A program made the translations under genes and the position numbers. DNA of 64,000 nucleotides. Source: an uncultured Rhodoblastus sp. (GTDB lineage Bacteria; Pseudomonadota; Alphaproteobacteria; Rhizobiales; Beijerinckiaceae). A model generated the notes under the pieces. That model was not told where the DNA came from. It searched no databases and saw nothing but the letters and a program-made list of their open reading frames with translations. Location of the stretch: contig CAYRNB010000002.1 of assembly GCA_964425315.1 (NCBI GenBank), positions 2,973 through 66,972 of the forward strand. Reading direction: 5' to 3'. Every line of letters begins with the position of its first letter. Positions within the stretch are counted from its first letter, which is position 1. This document shows, piece after piece, positions 44,626 through 55,462 of the stretch.

Positions 44626-45365
44626 TTCTCTTTCCGGCGATCGATCTAAAGGGCGGCCAATGCGTTCGTCTTGTGCGCGGCGATATGGCGCAGGCGACCG
44701 TTTTCAACGACGATCCCGCCGCGCAGGCGTTGATTTTCGAAGGGCAGGGCTTTGAATACCTTCATTTGGTCGATCTTGACGGCGCATTTGCTGGCAAGTC
44801 GATGAACGCCGGCGCGGTCGAAGCCATTCTTGCCGCCCTGACCCGAATGCCTGCGCAACTCGGCGGGGGCATACGCGACATGAACGCCATCGAAGCCTGG
44901 CTCGGCAAAGGCATAGAGCGCGTCATCATCGGCACCGCAGCCGTGCGCGATCCCGTTCTCGTCCGAGAAGCGGCGCGGCGTTATCCCGGGCAGATCGCCG
45001 TCGGAATTGATGCGCGCGATGGGAAAGTGGCTGTGGACGGATGGGCCAAATCGTCGGAACTGACGGCGATCGAACTCGGCAGGCGTTTTGAAGACGCGGG
45101 GGTAGCGGCGATCATTTACACCGATATATCGCGCGACGGCATATTGAAGGGACTGAATATCGAGGCGACCCTCGCCCTCGCCGAAGCCCTTTCTATTCCC
45201 GTCATCGCGTCGGGCGGTCTCGCTTCCATCGCAGATATTGAGCGGCTACTGCAACCCGATTGCGCCCGGCTGGCGGGAGCGATCAGCGGCCGCGCCCTTT
45301 ATGACGGCCGGCTTGACCCGAAGAAAGCGCTCGATCTCATCAATGCGAAGCGCGCGGCTTCGTAA
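44622..45365 (+). CDS. hisA: ProFAR isomerase
   Basis: [31 protein letters not shown] and TDISRDG motifs. GTGA overlap with hisH. Confidence 0.97.
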   Translation: MILFPAIDLKGGQCVRLVRGDMAQATVFNDDPAAQALIFEGQGFEYLHLVDLDGAFAGKSMNAGAVEAILAALTRMPAQLGGGIRDMNAIEAWLGKGIERVIIGTAAVRDPVLVREAARRYPGQIAVGIDARDGKVAVDGWAKSSELTAIELGRRFEDAGVAAIIYTDISRDGILKGLNIEATLALAEALSIPVIASGGLASIADIERLLQPDCARLAGAISGRALYDGRLDPKKALDLINAKRAAS

Positions 45366-45391
45366 GTGAATATAGGACCCGGGAGAATGTA

Positions 45392-46162
45392 TTGCTGAAG
45401 ACGCGCGTAATTCCTTGCCTTGACGTCAAGGACGGACGGGTGGTCAAGGGCGTCAATTTCGTCAATTTGCGCGACGCTGGCGATCCCGTCGAATGCGCCA
45501 TAGCCTATGACGCGGCCGGCGCCGACGAATTGTGCTTTCTCGATATCACAGCCAGCCATGAAGAGCGGGGCCTGCTGCTCGACGTGGTGCGTCGCACGGC
45601 GGAGGTCTGTTTCATGCCCCTCACGGTTGGCGGCGGCGTTCGCACGCTCGACGACATACGCAATTTACTGCTAGCGGGCGCTGATAAGGCGTCGATCATG
45701 ACCGCGGCGGTCCACGATCGCAATTTCGTCCGGCGGGGAGCGGAAAAATTCGGCAGTCAATGCATTGTTGTGGCGATCGACGCCAAAGCCGTCGCTGCCG
45801 GTCGCTGGGAGATTTTCACCCATGGCGGACGACGCCCGACCGGCATTGACGCAATCGCCTATGCTAAAGAGGTCACAGAGTTGGGCGCCGGCGAAATTCT
45901 TTTGACCTCTATGGATCGCGACGGGGCCAAATCAGGCTTCGACATAGAATTAACCAGAGCGATCGCAGATGCGGTATCCATTCCCGTCATCGCCTCAGGT
46001 GGAGTTGGAACTCTCGACCATCTGGTCGAAGGCGTGCGCGACGGCCACGCCAGCGCCGTTCTCGCCGCTTCCATCTTTCATTTTGGCGAATATAGCATCG
46101 GTGAAGCCAAAGCCTATATGGCCAAGGCCGGCCTACCCGTGCGTCTCGATCCGGCCGCCTGA
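45392..46162 (+). CDS. hisF: Imidazole glycerol phosphate synthase, cyclase subunit
   Basis: [29 protein letters not shown] and IASGG motifs. Confidence 0.98.
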   Translation: MLKTRVIPCLDVKDGRVVKGVNFVNLRDAGDPVECAIAYDAAGADELCFLDITASHEERGLLLDVVRRTAEVCFMPLTVGGGVRTLDDIRNLLLAGADKASIMTAAVHDRNFVRRGAEKFGSQCIVVAIDAKAVAAGRWEIFTHGGRRPTGIDAIAYAKEVTELGAGEILLTSMDRDGAKSGFDIELTRAIADAVSIPVIASGGVGTLDHLVEGVRDGHASAVLAASIFHFGEYSIGEAKAYMAKAGLPVRLDPAA

Positions 46163-46180
46163 TGAACGGAAGCTCGTTCG

Positions 46181-46504
46181 ATGACTGAACCATTCACTCT
46201 CGACTCGCTCGCGAGGCTCATCGCCCAGCGCGCCGGCGCCTTGGCCGATGAATCCTATACGCGCAGCCTGCTCGATTCCGGAACGGAGCGAATCGCCAAG
46301 AAATTCGGCGAAGAAGCCTTCGAGGCGGCCATAGCCGCAGTAGCGCGAGATCGCAGCGGTTTGAAAATGGAAGCCGCCGATCTGCTTTATCATCTATTGG
46401 TCTTGCTTCAAGATGGCGGCGTTCCGTTGCAGGATGTCATCGACGAGTTGGCCCGGCGGACGCAGCAGTCGGGCCTTCAGGAAAAAGCCTCCCGTCCGCA
46501 ATAG
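46181..46504 (+). CDS. hisE: Phosphoribosyl-ATP diphosphatase
   Basis: SYTRSLL, KKFGEEA and EAADLLYHLLV motifs. Confidence 0.96.
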   Translation: MTEPFTLDSLARLIAQRAGALADESYTRSLLDSGTERIAKKFGEEAFEAAIAAVARDRSGLKMEAADLLYHLLVLLQDGGVPLQDVIDELARRTQQSGLQEKASRPQ

Positions 46505-46531
46505 GGAGCCCAACGGGTCTCGGAGACGCCC

Positions 46532-47521
46532 TTGGTTGAGCCTGTTCGGCAATTGGGTAGCGACCCCGCAAGCGATGCGGCCGAAATAAGCCTCTCGCCC
46601 TTTCGGCATTTTACGCGTGACGAATGGGCGCAATTGCGGGCCGACACGCCGCTAACCCTGTCCGTCGAAGACCTTAAGCGACTTCAATCAATAAACGATC
46701 CCATATCGTTGGAAGAAGTTATCGCCATCTACTTGCCGCTTTCACGGCTTCTCGCGCTTTACGTCGCCGCGACTCAGGGGTTATTCAAGGCGACACAACG
46801 ATTCCTTGGCGCGGTCGACGGAAAGGTGCCCTATATTATTGGCGTCGCCGGCTCGGTCGCGGTCGGCAAGTCCACCACTGCACGCGTTCTTCAGGCTCTG
46901 CTATCGCGCTGGCCCAATACACCGAAGGTAGACCTCGTAACAACCGACGGTTTTCTGCTGCCCAACGCTCAGCTTGAGCGAGACGATTTGATGGATCGCA
47001 AGGGATTCCCGGAAAGCTATGATAGCGCCCGACTCTTGCGCTTTTTGTCCGACGTCAAGGCGGGACGCGGCCATGTCGAAGCCCCTATCTATTCCCATCT
47101 GACCTATGACGTTATCCCGGACGAGACAATCAGCGTCGATCGTCCGGACATTCTCATTGTCGAAGGCGTCAATGTGCTGCTGCCCAGCCGCTTGCCGCGC
47201 GATGGAAAGGAAACCTCGTTCATCTCGGATTTCTTTGATTTTTCCGTCTATCTTCATGCCGACGAAGATCAGTTAGAAAAATGGTATGTGTCGCGATTCA
47301 TGCGGCTGCGGTCGACGACCTTTCGCGATCCACGGTCCTATTTCAGGAAATTTGCCGAAATCTCCGATGCGGAGGCGGAAGAAGCCGCCCGCAGCATTTG
47401 GAAGCGCATAAACTTGCGTAATCTGCACGAAAATATCCTGCCCACCCGGGCGCGCGCCAGTTTGATTCTAACCAAAGGTTCGAGCCATCGAATCGAGCAA
47501 GTGGCTTTGCGCAAATTGTGA
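46532..47521 (+). CDS. coaA: Type I pantothenate kinase
   Basis: [30 protein letters not shown] and [10 protein letters not shown] motifs. Confidence 0.97.
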   Translation: MVEPVRQLGSDPASDAAEISLSPFRHFTRDEWAQLRADTPLTLSVEDLKRLQSINDPISLEEVIAIYLPLSRLLALYVAATQGLFKATQRFLGAVDGKVPYIIGVAGSVAVGKSTTARVLQALLSRWPNTPKVDLVTTDGFLLPNAQLERDDLMDRKGFPESYDSARLLRFLSDVKAGRGHVEAPIYSHLTYDVIPDETISVDRPDILIVEGVNVLLPSRLPRDGKETSFISDFFDFSVYLHADEDQLEKWYVSRFMRLRSTTFRDPRSYFRKFAEISDAEAEEAARSIWKRINLRNLHENILPTRARASLILTKGSSHRIEQVALRKL

Positions 47522-47527
47522 CAGGCG

Positions 47528-47905
47528 TCACAACGATATGAGTTTGGGCGTCTTCTCGAGCGCTGCCAGGAGTCGCAGCAAATCTGAGCCACGTTTCATG
47601 ATCAGGCCCGATTGCATAACGATCAGATAGACTCCTTGTCGCCGCGCTGCTTTTGGCTCCTTTACGATTTGATAATATGCGAGTTCGCCATTTCGCCGAA
47701 AAATTGAGAATATGGCGCGCGTCGGCGAGAAATCGACCGCATAGTCCCGCCATAAGCCTTTTGCGACCATACGACCGTAAAGATTGAAGATCGCTTGCAG
47801 TTCGCACCGGTCAAAGCCAACCACGTTTCCCGACAGAACCTGTTCCGCCCGAGGTGGCGGCAAGCGCAGTATCTGAAGATCCGGATTGGCTCGATCGTCG
47901 TTCAA
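47528..47905 (-). CDS. DUF2794 family protein
   Basis: FDRCELQAIFNLYGRMVAKGLWRDYAVD..AIFSIFRR..KRGSDL. Start at TTG 47905 is uncertain. Confidence 0.8.
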   Translation of the reverse strand: MNDDRANPDLQILRLPPPRAEQVLSGNVVGFDRCELQAIFNLYGRMVAKGLWRDYAVDFSPTRAIFSIFRRNGELAYYQIVKEPKAARRQGVYLIVMQSGLIMKRGSDLLRLLAALEKTPKLISL

Positions 47906-48178
47906 GCGCCAAACTTCGCTCGCAAAGGTTCGAAGCGGATGATGGCGCGGTTCCATTTCCAGCGCAAGCGCTGAAAGTTGCGGGCGCGTCACGAGGCCGT
48001 CGCGCTGTTGCAAGCATTTTTTATTGGAGACTCAAATCGATAAGCCACATTTCCGCCTCTATGCCGCCCTTTGTCTGCTCAAGTGACGTTTCAAAAAGAC
48101 TCGCGTCGGAGGCTTCCGCACCGGTTCCGGCCGTGTTGACTAAGCCCCCCAGCCTGCACGGCTTTTCTGGGAGTAAAT

Positions 48179-48233
48179 GCGCGAACCTCTTGACCTTGAG
48201 CCGATCGGAATCTTCCGATCGGCTCATTCGCGC
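48179..48233. other. Strong stem-loop in the DUF2794/htpG divergent spacer
   Basis: tgagccgatcggaa/ttccgatcggctca is a perfect 14-nt inverted repeat (48197-48226), extended by gcgcgaa/ttcgcgc across an 11-nt bulge. Confidence 0.7.
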
Positions 48234-48359
48234 TATAGGCGTGTATCTCTTGCATTTTCCCGCATAGCCGGCGAAATCCGGGGTTAAAAACGCTTTCGCA
48301 TCGAAGATGCGAAGATCGGATGATTGCCGGTCGAAACAAAATCCTTCATATCGCTCCAC

Positions 48360-48392
48360 CTTGAAAGGCAAAGTCCGCGCCGCAATATTGCG
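48360..48392 (+). promoter_or_regulatory. RpoH (sigma32)-type promoter of htpG, overlapped by a 12-bp palindrome
   Basis: CTTGAA-N16-GCAATAT compared with the alphaproteobacterial RpoH consensus CTTGAA-N15/16-CCTATAT. Palindrome CGCAATATTGCG at 48381-48392. Confidence 0.55.
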
Positions 48393-48436
48393 ACCCGAAT
48401 CCGAATTCGACCGACAAGAACCATAGAAGGGCAAGG

Positions 48437-50338
48437 GTGAAGGAAATGGACGGCGAAGCTGAGGCAATGACGGGCGAACGGCATGTTTTTCAAGCCGATG
48501 TGGCGCGCCTGCTGCACCTCATGGTGCACTCGATTTATTCCGATCGCGATATTTTCTTGCGTGAATTGATCTCGAACGCCGCGGATGCCTGCGAGAAATT
48601 GCGCTACGAAGCAAATGGCGATCCCAACCTTATCAGTGATGGCGCGCCTTTCGGCATCCGCGTCGCCCTCGATCCCGACGCCGGGACTTTGAGCATCGAA
48701 GACAATGGGATCGGCATGTCGAGGAGTGATCTCGCCGTCGCTTTGGGAACAATTGCTAATTCGGGAACACGCGCTTTCCTCGAGAAAATACAGGGACCAG
48801 AAAATGTCGCGGCGGAGTTGATCGGTCAGTTCGGCATCGGCTTCTATTCAGCATTCATGGTGGCGGACCAAGTGGTCGTCGAGACTCGACGCGCTGGCGA
48901 AAATCATGCCTGGCGTTGGAGTTCCGACGGCAAAGGCGACTATGAAATTGCTTCCTTAGACGTGGAGCGCGCGCCCCTGCATGGTTCGCGCGTCATTTTG
49001 CATCTAAACGCGGAATCGAAAGGCTATCTGGAGGCGCGCAAGGTCGAATCGATCATTAGCGAGCATTCGAGCGCAGTCGCCACACCGATTGATTTGATCG
49101 AAAAACCCGGAGCTGAGCCGAAGCGGGTCAGCGAAGGCGCCGCGCTCTGGGCAAAAAACAAGAATGAAGTTACGCAGGATCAATACAAGGACTTTTACCA
49201 AGATCTTGCCGGTCAATTCGACGAACCCGCCTTAACTGTGCATTGGCGCGCTGAAGGGAGGGCGGAATATTCCGTCTTGGCCTTCGTACCGGGATCACGC
49301 CCGTTTGATTTATTCGATCCAGCGCGAAAAAATCGATCTAAACTTTATTCACGCCGCGTCCTGATCGCCCGAGATGCCGATATCCTTCCTGGCTATCTCC
49401 GGTTCATCCGTCTCGTGGTTGATTCGCCAGATCTGCCGCTCAATGTTTCTCGCGAAATGGTGCAGCAGAGCCACCTCTTCACGGCAATCAGGAAAGGGGT
49501 CGCCAATCGGTTATTGCAGGAAATCACGAAATTGTCTGAGACGGACGCCGAAAAATTCGGAGAAATATGGAATAACTTCGGCGCCGTATTGAAAGAGGGC
49601 CTCTATGAGGACCCGGAACGGCGCGACATCCTGCTCAAAATGGCGCGTTTTTCCACAACTGCGGAAAACAAGGCAAAACGATCGCTAGCCGAATATGTCG
49701 CCGCGATGCGGCCCAACCAGACCGCCATCTATTATCTTGTCGGCGAAGGAGCTGAGCGCATTGCCGCAAGTCCGCAGCTTGAAGGTTTTCGCGCCCGAGG
49801 CGTGGAAGTTTTACTGTTGTCTGATCCCGTTGATGCGTTCTGGGTCCAGACTGCTGTCGGTTACGATGGCAAGCCGTTCAAGTCGGCGACCCAAGGCGCC
49901 GCCGATATCAAATCCATCGACTTCATCGAGGGTCATAATCCTGAGCCGCAAAACGCGGCGGCGGCCGCGGTTTTTGTCGCTCTCGCCAAACAAACGTTGG
50001 AGGCTGTCGTCGAGGACGTTCGTGTTTCGGACCGTCTTTTGGAAAGCCCGGCGTGTCTTGTCGCGCCGGAATTCGGCCCCGACCTGCGTTTGCAGCAAAT
50101 TCTCGCCTCGCATGGCCAAGTTCCGGGAGGCTTGAAACCGATCCTGGAAATCAATCCTTCTCATCCTCTGGTAATGGCGCTCGAATCGCAAGCCACAACG
50201 GACGACAAAGGGCTTCTCGATGACGCCATCTGGCTTCTTTTCGATGAAGCGAGGATGATGGACGGCGAAGCACCGCAAAACGCCGGCGATTTTGCCGCAC
50301 GGCTTACGCGTGTGCTTGGCAAGGCGCTGGGAGTTTGA
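48437..50338 (+). CDS. htpG: Hsp90 chaperone HtpG
   Basis: FQADVARLLHLMVHSIYSDRDIFLRELISNAADA, DNGIGM, IGQFGIGFYSAF and DSPDLPLNVSRE motifs. Confidence 0.98.
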   Translation: MKEMDGEAEAMTGERHVFQADVARLLHLMVHSIYSDRDIFLRELISNAADACEKLRYEANGDPNLISDGAPFGIRVALDPDAGTLSIEDNGIGMSRSDLAVALGTIANSGTRAFLEKIQGPENVAAELIGQFGIGFYSAFMVADQVVVETRRAGENHAWRWSSDGKGDYEIASLDVERAPLHGSRVILHLNAESKGYLEARKVESIISEHSSAVATPIDLIEKPGAEPKRVSEGAALWAKNKNEVTQDQYKDFYQDLAGQFDEPALTVHWRAEGRAEYSVLAFVPGSRPFDLFDPARKNRSKLYSRRVLIARDADILPGYLRFIRLVVDSPDLPLNVSREMVQQSHLFTAIRKGVANRLLQEITKLSETDAEKFGEIWNNFGAVLKEGLYEDPERRDILLKMARFSTTAENKAKRSLAEYVAAMRPNQTAIYYLVGEGAERIAASPQLEGFRARGVEVLLLSDPVDAFWVQTAVGYDGKPFKSATQGAADIKSIDFIEGHNPEPQNAAAAAVFVALAKQTLEAVVEDVRVSDRLLESPACLVAPEFGPDLRLQQILASHGQVPGGLKPILEINPSHPLVMALESQATTDDKGLLDDAIWLLFDEARMMDGEAPQNAGDFAARLTRVLGKALGV

Positions 50339-51222
50339 ACCTGGGTGACGCATTGCTCACTTTCACGGCGGCCGAAACTTTGGCCCAGACGCGGAGAAAG
50401 CTGACGGAGGCGCTCGCGGCTGCGGGAAAAGAGCCCGCAACGCTCGAATCTCGTCTTTTGCTCGAAGAAGCAACTGGCCTCACATCGCTCCAGCTCCTGT
50501 CTCAGAGCGAGACGCGTCTGAGCAAAGACGCTGCGGCTGCGCTGCGTCAACTTGCCGCACGACGTTGCGCCGGCGAACCCCTGAGCCGCATCCTCGGGCA
50601 TAGCGCCTTCTATGGTCTGAGCCTCGGTATCAGCCCGGATGTGCTCGACCCTCGCTCGGACACCGAGACCCTGGTCGATGCGGCGCTCTGCCTGCTCGAA
50701 GAAAAAAAATTCACCGGCCCACGTATTCTCGATCTGGGAACCGGCTCGGGGGCCATATTGTGCGCGCTGCTCGACGCGCGCCCGGACGCTTTTGGCGTCG
50801 GCCTCGACATCTCGCCGGCCGCCTGCGCCATGGCGCGTCAAAATCTTTCAAATTGTGGGCTTTCTCAACGGTCCGCGGTTGTTTGCGGCGATTGGACGCA
50901 AGCCGTCCGCGGTCAATTCGATCTGATCGTCTCCAACCCTCCCTACATAGCCGAGTGGGAGGTGATGACGTTGGAGCGCGAGGTAGTTGCTTTCGACCCC
51001 ATCCTGGCCCTCTCCGGAGGAGCCGACGGCCTCGACGCATATCGGCGGATAGCTCGCGATCTCGGCCATTTGGTGCGACGCGGGAGCATCGCCTGTTTCG
51101 AAATCGGCTGGCGCCAAGCTGCCGACGTCACTCACATTCTATCCGAAACGGGCTTGGGCGGCGCCCAAAAATTTCAGGACTGTGGGTTGCGGGATCGAGT
51201 CGTTGCAATTGAGGCGCTATAA
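50335..51222 (+). CDS. prmC: Release factor glutamine methyltransferase
   Basis: GEPLSRILG, PRSDTETLV, ILDLGTGSG and VSNPPYI motifs. TTG start overlaps the htpG stop. Confidence 0.94.
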   Translation: MNLGDALLTFTAAETLAQTRRKLTEALAAAGKEPATLESRLLLEEATGLTSLQLLSQSETRLSKDAAAALRQLAARRCAGEPLSRILGHSAFYGLSLGISPDVLDPRSDTETLVDAALCLLEEKKFTGPRILDLGTGSGAILCALLDARPDAFGVGLDISPAACAMARQNLSNCGLSQRSAVVCGDWTQAVRGQFDLIVSNPPYIAEWEVMTLEREVVAFDPILALSGGADGLDAYRRIARDLGHLVRRGSIACFEIGWRQAADVTHILSETGLGGAQKFQDCGLRDRVVAIEAL

Positions 51223-51270
51223 GTCCGCACTTGGTTGCCTTCTCGCGCTTTTCCGCGAGTTTGCGCTTGG

Positions 51271-51299
51271 CTTGACAAAAAAAACCGTCTATTCTAGGT
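51271..51299 (+). promoter_or_regulatory. sigma70 promoter of the DUF4167 gene
   Basis: CTTGAC-N17-CTAGGT, implying a leader of about 300 nt. Confidence 0.55.
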
Positions 51300-51602
51300 C
51301 TCAGCAAATAGCTGGTTGCGCTTCATTTCATCGCAGCATGGTTGGGGGCCAAGCGGTTTCGCTTGCGGCGGCGTCGTCAGGCGACGTGACTCCAAACCCG
51401 AAGAAGAGCGACTTGGCGCGATTCGCTCGTTCCCGCAATGTTACTGTCTGACGGAAGACGAGCCAGCGGGAAGATCGTAAACATAGTCGGTAAGCCGAAA
51501 AGGCTAAGATTGCCGCGCCATGGTCATTCGCAGAAGGCATGAATGCCGCCATGTGTCGGCGACCTCGGTCGCCGGCGGTTCAACATCTTTCAGGGATTGT
51601 CG

Positions 51603-52595
51603 ATGAGACCTGGTCAAAACAAGCGCATGCGTGGTCGTAGCAATCGTAAAGGTCCCAACCCTTTGACGCGGACCTACGAGTCGAACGGTCCCGACGTAAA
51701 GATCCGTGGCACCGCCCAGCATATCGCCGAAAAATATTTGCAATTGGCGCGTGACGCCCATTCTTCCGGCGATCCCGTGGGAGCCGAGAATTATTTGCAA
51801 CATGCAGAACATTATTTTCGCTTGATCGCGGCAGCGCAGACTGCTCAACAACAAGCACATATGGGCTACGCCCGAAGCAGCGAAGAATTGGACGAAAGCG
51901 ACGAAGATGACGATCTTGGCGCGGCGCCGGATCGTTTCGCTTCGCCCTTCGAAAGAGCCACGCAAAACACCTCCTTTCAGGCGCCACAGCAGAACGGTGG
52001 GCCGATGGGATATGGCGGTCAGCCGCAGCCTTATTTAGATCGTCCGAATTTTGCCTCAGAAGGTAATGAGCGTCAGGGCGAGAGGTCGGATCGTCAAGAA
52101 AGAAACAATGACCGTGGCCTGAACCCTGTCGGCGATCGTCAAGATAGACAACCGCGCCCCGAACGGCGCTTCGGTGCGCAAGGCGAACGCCCGAGCGGAG
52201 ACCGTCAACATAGCCAGGGTCGCAACCGATTTCGTGATCAGCAGTCGCGCAACGACCCGAGCCCTAGCGGCCAGGAGCAGCCACGTGTCGAATTTGACGC
52301 GATGAACTCGGTCTTGCCCTCTTTCATCACCGCTCCGACGCGCATTCCTGCCGCTTCCGCAGCGCCTAGCGCGACGGATCCGTCCTCGCCTCCGCAAGCT
52401 GGCTCGCGAATGGACGCTCTTTCCGCGCCCGCCGCTTCATCGGCGCAGCCCTCGGAATTTGACGGGGGACCTGATGGGGGTGGAGATGAGAACCGCTTCC
52501 ATCTGCGTCCTCGCCGTCGCCGGCGGCCGCGCCCCGATACGGCGCTGGAAAGCGGAGACGCTCCGCCTTTGGCAGAGACGAATTCGACCGACTGA
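51603..52595 (+). CDS. DUF4167 protein with long disordered C-terminus
   Basis: [59 protein letters not shown]. Usual position between prmC and clpB. Confidence 0.92.
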   Translation: MRPGQNKRMRGRSNRKGPNPLTRTYESNGPDVKIRGTAQHIAEKYLQLARDAHSSGDPVGAENYLQHAEHYFRLIAAAQTAQQQAHMGYARSSEELDESDEDDDLGAAPDRFASPFERATQNTSFQAPQQNGGPMGYGGQPQPYLDRPNFASEGNERQGERSDRQERNNDRGLNPVGDRQDRQPRPERRFGAQGERPSGDRQHSQGRNRFRDQQSRNDPSPSGQEQPRVEFDAMNSVLPSFITAPTRIPAASAAPSATDPSSPPQAGSRMDALSAPAASSAQPSEFDGGPDGGGDENRFHLRPRRRRRPRPDTALESGDAPPLAETNSTD

Positions 52596-52615
52596 AATCG
52601 TCGTCCCGGACGTCA

Positions 52616-52641
52616 GCGGCGCCTCACGGCGCCGTTTTTTT
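52616..52641 (+). terminator. Intrinsic terminator after the DUF4167 gene
   Basis: gcggcgcc-tcac-ggcgccgt (8 bp) runs into a run of 7 T. Confidence 0.8.
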
Positions 52642-52686
52642 GGATTCTGCTCCCTCGCCCCCAAGACACCCTTTATGCCGTAGCGC

Positions 52687-52715
52687 CTTTTCAACTTTCC
52701 AAGGCGTTCCCATAT
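52687..52715 (+). promoter_or_regulatory. RpoH-type promoter of clpB
   Basis: CTTTTC-N16-CCCATAT: strong -10 match, weak -35. Confidence 0.45.
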
Positions 52716-52801
52716 CAACGCCGTGGCTGCCGAATGGGGCCAAATCGGTAGGACGCGACAATCTCGCCGCAGGGAGATTGTCGCGGGCTTGGAGGACTGA
52801 C

Positions 52802-55429
52802 ATGAATTTCGAGAAATTCACCGAACGCGCGCGTGGCTTTGTGCAGTCGGCGCAATCCTTGGCGATCCGCGAAGGCCATCAACAATTTACGCCGTCGCAT
52901 CTCCTCAAGGTTCTTCTTGAAGACGATCAAGGACTTTCCGCCGGCCTTATTGACAAGTCCGGAGGGCGTTCGCGCGAAGCGCTCCAGCAGTGCGAAATAT
53001 CGCTGGCCAAACTGCCTCGCGTGGAAGGCTCCGGCGCCGGTCAGCTTTATCTCGCCCCCGCCACGGCGCGGCTTTTCGACAACGCGGAGAAGATTGCGCA
53101 GAAGGCCGGCGATTCTTTCGTAACGGTTGAGCGGCTTCTGCTCGCTCTCGCCATGGAAAAGGATAGCGACGCGGGCAAGATCCTCGCCGCAGCCGGAGCC
53201 AATGCACAGGGACTAAATAAGGCCATCGAAGATTTGCGCAAAGGTCGGACCGCGGATTCCGCCTCTGCCGAAAACGCCTATGACGCCTTGAAGAAATATG
53301 CGCGCGACCTGACCGAGGCGGCGCGCGAGGGAAAGCTCGACCCTGTCATCGGTCGCGACGAAGAGATCCGTCGCACCATTCAGGTTCTTTCCCGCCGCAC
53401 CAAGAATAACCCCGTCCTCATCGGCGAGCCGGGCGTCGGCAAGACCGCCATTGTCGAAGGTTTGGCTTTGCGCATCGTCAATGGCGACGTGCCTGAAAGC
53501 TTGCGCGACAAAAGCCTCCTGGCCCTGGACATGGGCGCGCTGATCGCCGGAGCCAAATATCGTGGCGAATTCGAGGAGCGTCTCAAAGCCGTGCTCAATG
53601 AAGTGACGGCGGCGGCAGGCGGAATCATTCTTTTCATTGACGAAATGCATACGCTCGTCGGCGCGGGTAAGGCGGATGGCGCGATGGACGCCTCCAATCT
53701 GCTCAAACCTGCCTTGGCGCGCGGCGAGTTGCATTGCGTGGGGGCGACCACGCTCGACGAATACCGCAAGCATGTTGAAAAAGACGCGGCTTTAGCTCGC
53801 CGCTTTCAGCCGGTTTTCGTCAGCGAACCGACTGTCGAGGACACCATCTCGATTTTGCGCGGTCTCAGGGAAAAATATGAACTGCATCACGGGGTGCGCA
53901 TGAGCGATTCGGCTCTGGTCGCGGCGGCCGTCTTGTCCAATCGCTATATTTCCGACCGTTTTCTGCCTGACAAGGCCATAGACCTTGTCGACGAAGCTGC
54001 GTCGCGGCTAAGGATGCAAGTCGATTCGAAGCCTGAGGAACTGGACGAATACGACCGCCGGATCGTTCAACTGAAGATCGAGCAAGAAGCGCTCAAGAAG
54101 GAGACCGACAAGGCTTCGCAGGACCGTCTCAAACGGCTCGAGGCCGAACTGGCCGATCTGAGTGAGAAATCTTCCGAATTGACGTCTCGATGGCGGGCGG
54201 AAAAGGACAAGCTCGGCGCGGCGCAAAAGATGAAAGAGCAGCTGGAATCGGCGCGCAATGAATTGCTCATAGCTCAGCGTAAGGGCGACTTTTCCGAAGC
54301 CGGCCGGCTTACCTATGGCGTGATTCCAGAACTTGAGCGCAATCTCGCCGAGACTGAGGCCAAGACCAGCGACGTTCTGGTGGACGAAGCCGTGACCCCC
54401 GACCATATCGCGCAAGTCGTTTCGCGTTGGACCGGAGTGCCGGTCGACAAAATGTTGGAAGGCGAGCGAGCTAAACTCTTAAAGATGGAAGAGGAGCTTG
54501 CCCGTCGCGTGGTTGGGCAGAAGGAGGCGGTGGCTGCGGTCGCCACTGCCGTGCGTCGGGCGCGCGCGGGCCTGCAGGATCCCAACCGGCCGATCGGCTC
54601 CTTCATGTTTCTGGGCCCCACGGGCGTCGGCAAGACGGAACTCACCAAAGCACTGGCCGCCTTCCTGTTCGACGACGAAACGGCCATGGTCAGGCTCGAT
54701 ATGTCGGAATATATGGAAAAACATTCCGTCTCGCGGCTGATCGGCGCGCCTCCGGGCTATGTCGGTTACGAAGAAGGCGGCGCGTTGACTGAAGCGGTCC
54801 GGCGGCGGCCTTATCAAGTCGTGCTGTTCGACGAGATCGAAAAAGCCCATCCCGACGTCTTCAACGTTTTGCTGCAGGTTTTGGACGATGGACGCCTCAC
54901 CGACGGCCAAGGGAGGACGGTGGATTTTCGCAACGTCGTCATCATCATGACCTCGAATCTCGGCTCGGAATTTCTTGTGATGCAAAAGGAGGGCGAGGAT
55001 TCGTCGGCCGTGCATGACGAAGTGATGCAGGTTGTCCGCTCCCATTTCCGCCCCGAATTCTTGAACCGCGTCGATGAGATCATCCTGTTCCATCGCCTGC
55101 GGCGAGAGGATATGGGCGCCATCGTCGACATCCAGTTCAAGCGGCTCTCTCGCCTGCTGGAGGATCGCAAGATTGAGCTGGACCTTACGGATAGTGGGCG
55201 CAAGTGGTTGGCCGATAAAGGATATGACCCCGCCTATGGCGCCCGTCCATTGAAACGGGTGATCCAGAAAAATGTGCAGGATCCGCTGGCGGAAAAGATT
55301 CTCGACGGCGAGGTCGGCGAAGGTCAGACCGTTAAAATTGCGGCAAAAGACGGGGTTCTAATGATAGATGGCGCTCCAGTCGGCCGCGATCACGGCGACG
55401 CCGAGCCAGCGCCGGCGTTTCTCAACTGA
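52802..55429 (+). CDS. clpB: ATP-dependent disaggregase ClpB
   Basis: Two AAA+ modules ([17 protein letters not shown]), a coiled-coil middle domain and GARPLKR. Confidence 0.98.
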   Translation: MNFEKFTERARGFVQSAQSLAIREGHQQFTPSHLLKVLLEDDQGLSAGLIDKSGGRSREALQQCEISLAKLPRVEGSGAGQLYLAPATARLFDNAEKIAQKAGDSFVTVERLLLALAMEKDSDAGKILAAAGANAQGLNKAIEDLRKGRTADSASAENAYDALKKYARDLTEAAREGKLDPVIGRDEEIRRTIQVLSRRTKNNPVLIGEPGVGKTAIVEGLALRIVNGDVPESLRDKSLLALDMGALIAGAKYRGEFEERLKAVLNEVTAAAGGIILFIDEMHTLVGAGKADGAMDASNLLKPALARGELHCVGATTLDEYRKHVEKDAALARRFQPVFVSEPTVEDTISILRGLREKYELHHGVRMSDSALVAAAVLSNRYISDRFLPDKAIDLVDEAASRLRMQVDSKPEELDEYDRRIVQLKIEQEALKKETDKASQDRLKRLEAELADLSEKSSELTSRWRAEKDKLGAAQKMKEQLESARNELLIAQRKGDFSEAGRLTYGVIPELERNLAETEAKTSDVLVDEAVTPDHIAQVVSRWTGVPVDKMLEGERAKLLKMEEELARRVVGQKEAVAAVATAVRRARAGLQDPNRPIGSFMFLGPTGVGKTELTKALAAFLFDDETAMVRLDMSEYMEKHSVSRLIGAPPGYVGYEEGGALTEAVRRRPYQVVLFDEIEKAHPDVFNVLLQVLDDGRLTDGQGRTVDFRNVVIIMTSNLGSEFLVMQKEGEDSSAVHDEVMQVVRSHFRPEFLNRVDEIILFHRLRREDMGAIVDIQFKRLSRLLEDRKIELDLTDSGRKWLADKGYDPAYGARPLKRVIQKNVQDPLAEKILDGEVGEGQTVKIAAKDGVLMIDGAPVGRDHGDAEPAPAFLN

Positions 55430-55435
55430 AATCGG

Positions 55436-55462
55436 GAGGGGCGGCTTTCGGTCGCCTCTCTT
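55436..55462. terminator. Terminator hairpin between convergent clpB and uppP
   Basis: gaggggcggc-tttcg-gtcgcctctc forms a 10-bp stem with two G-U pairs. Confidence 0.65.

Noticed and set aside
52640-52801. N-terminal extensions given by the ORF track (clpB, argH, hisB, hslU, trpS, ecm, typA, M48 peptidase and others)
   Set aside because: Family-typical N-termini begin at downstream start codons, and the extensions run through promoters or terminators.
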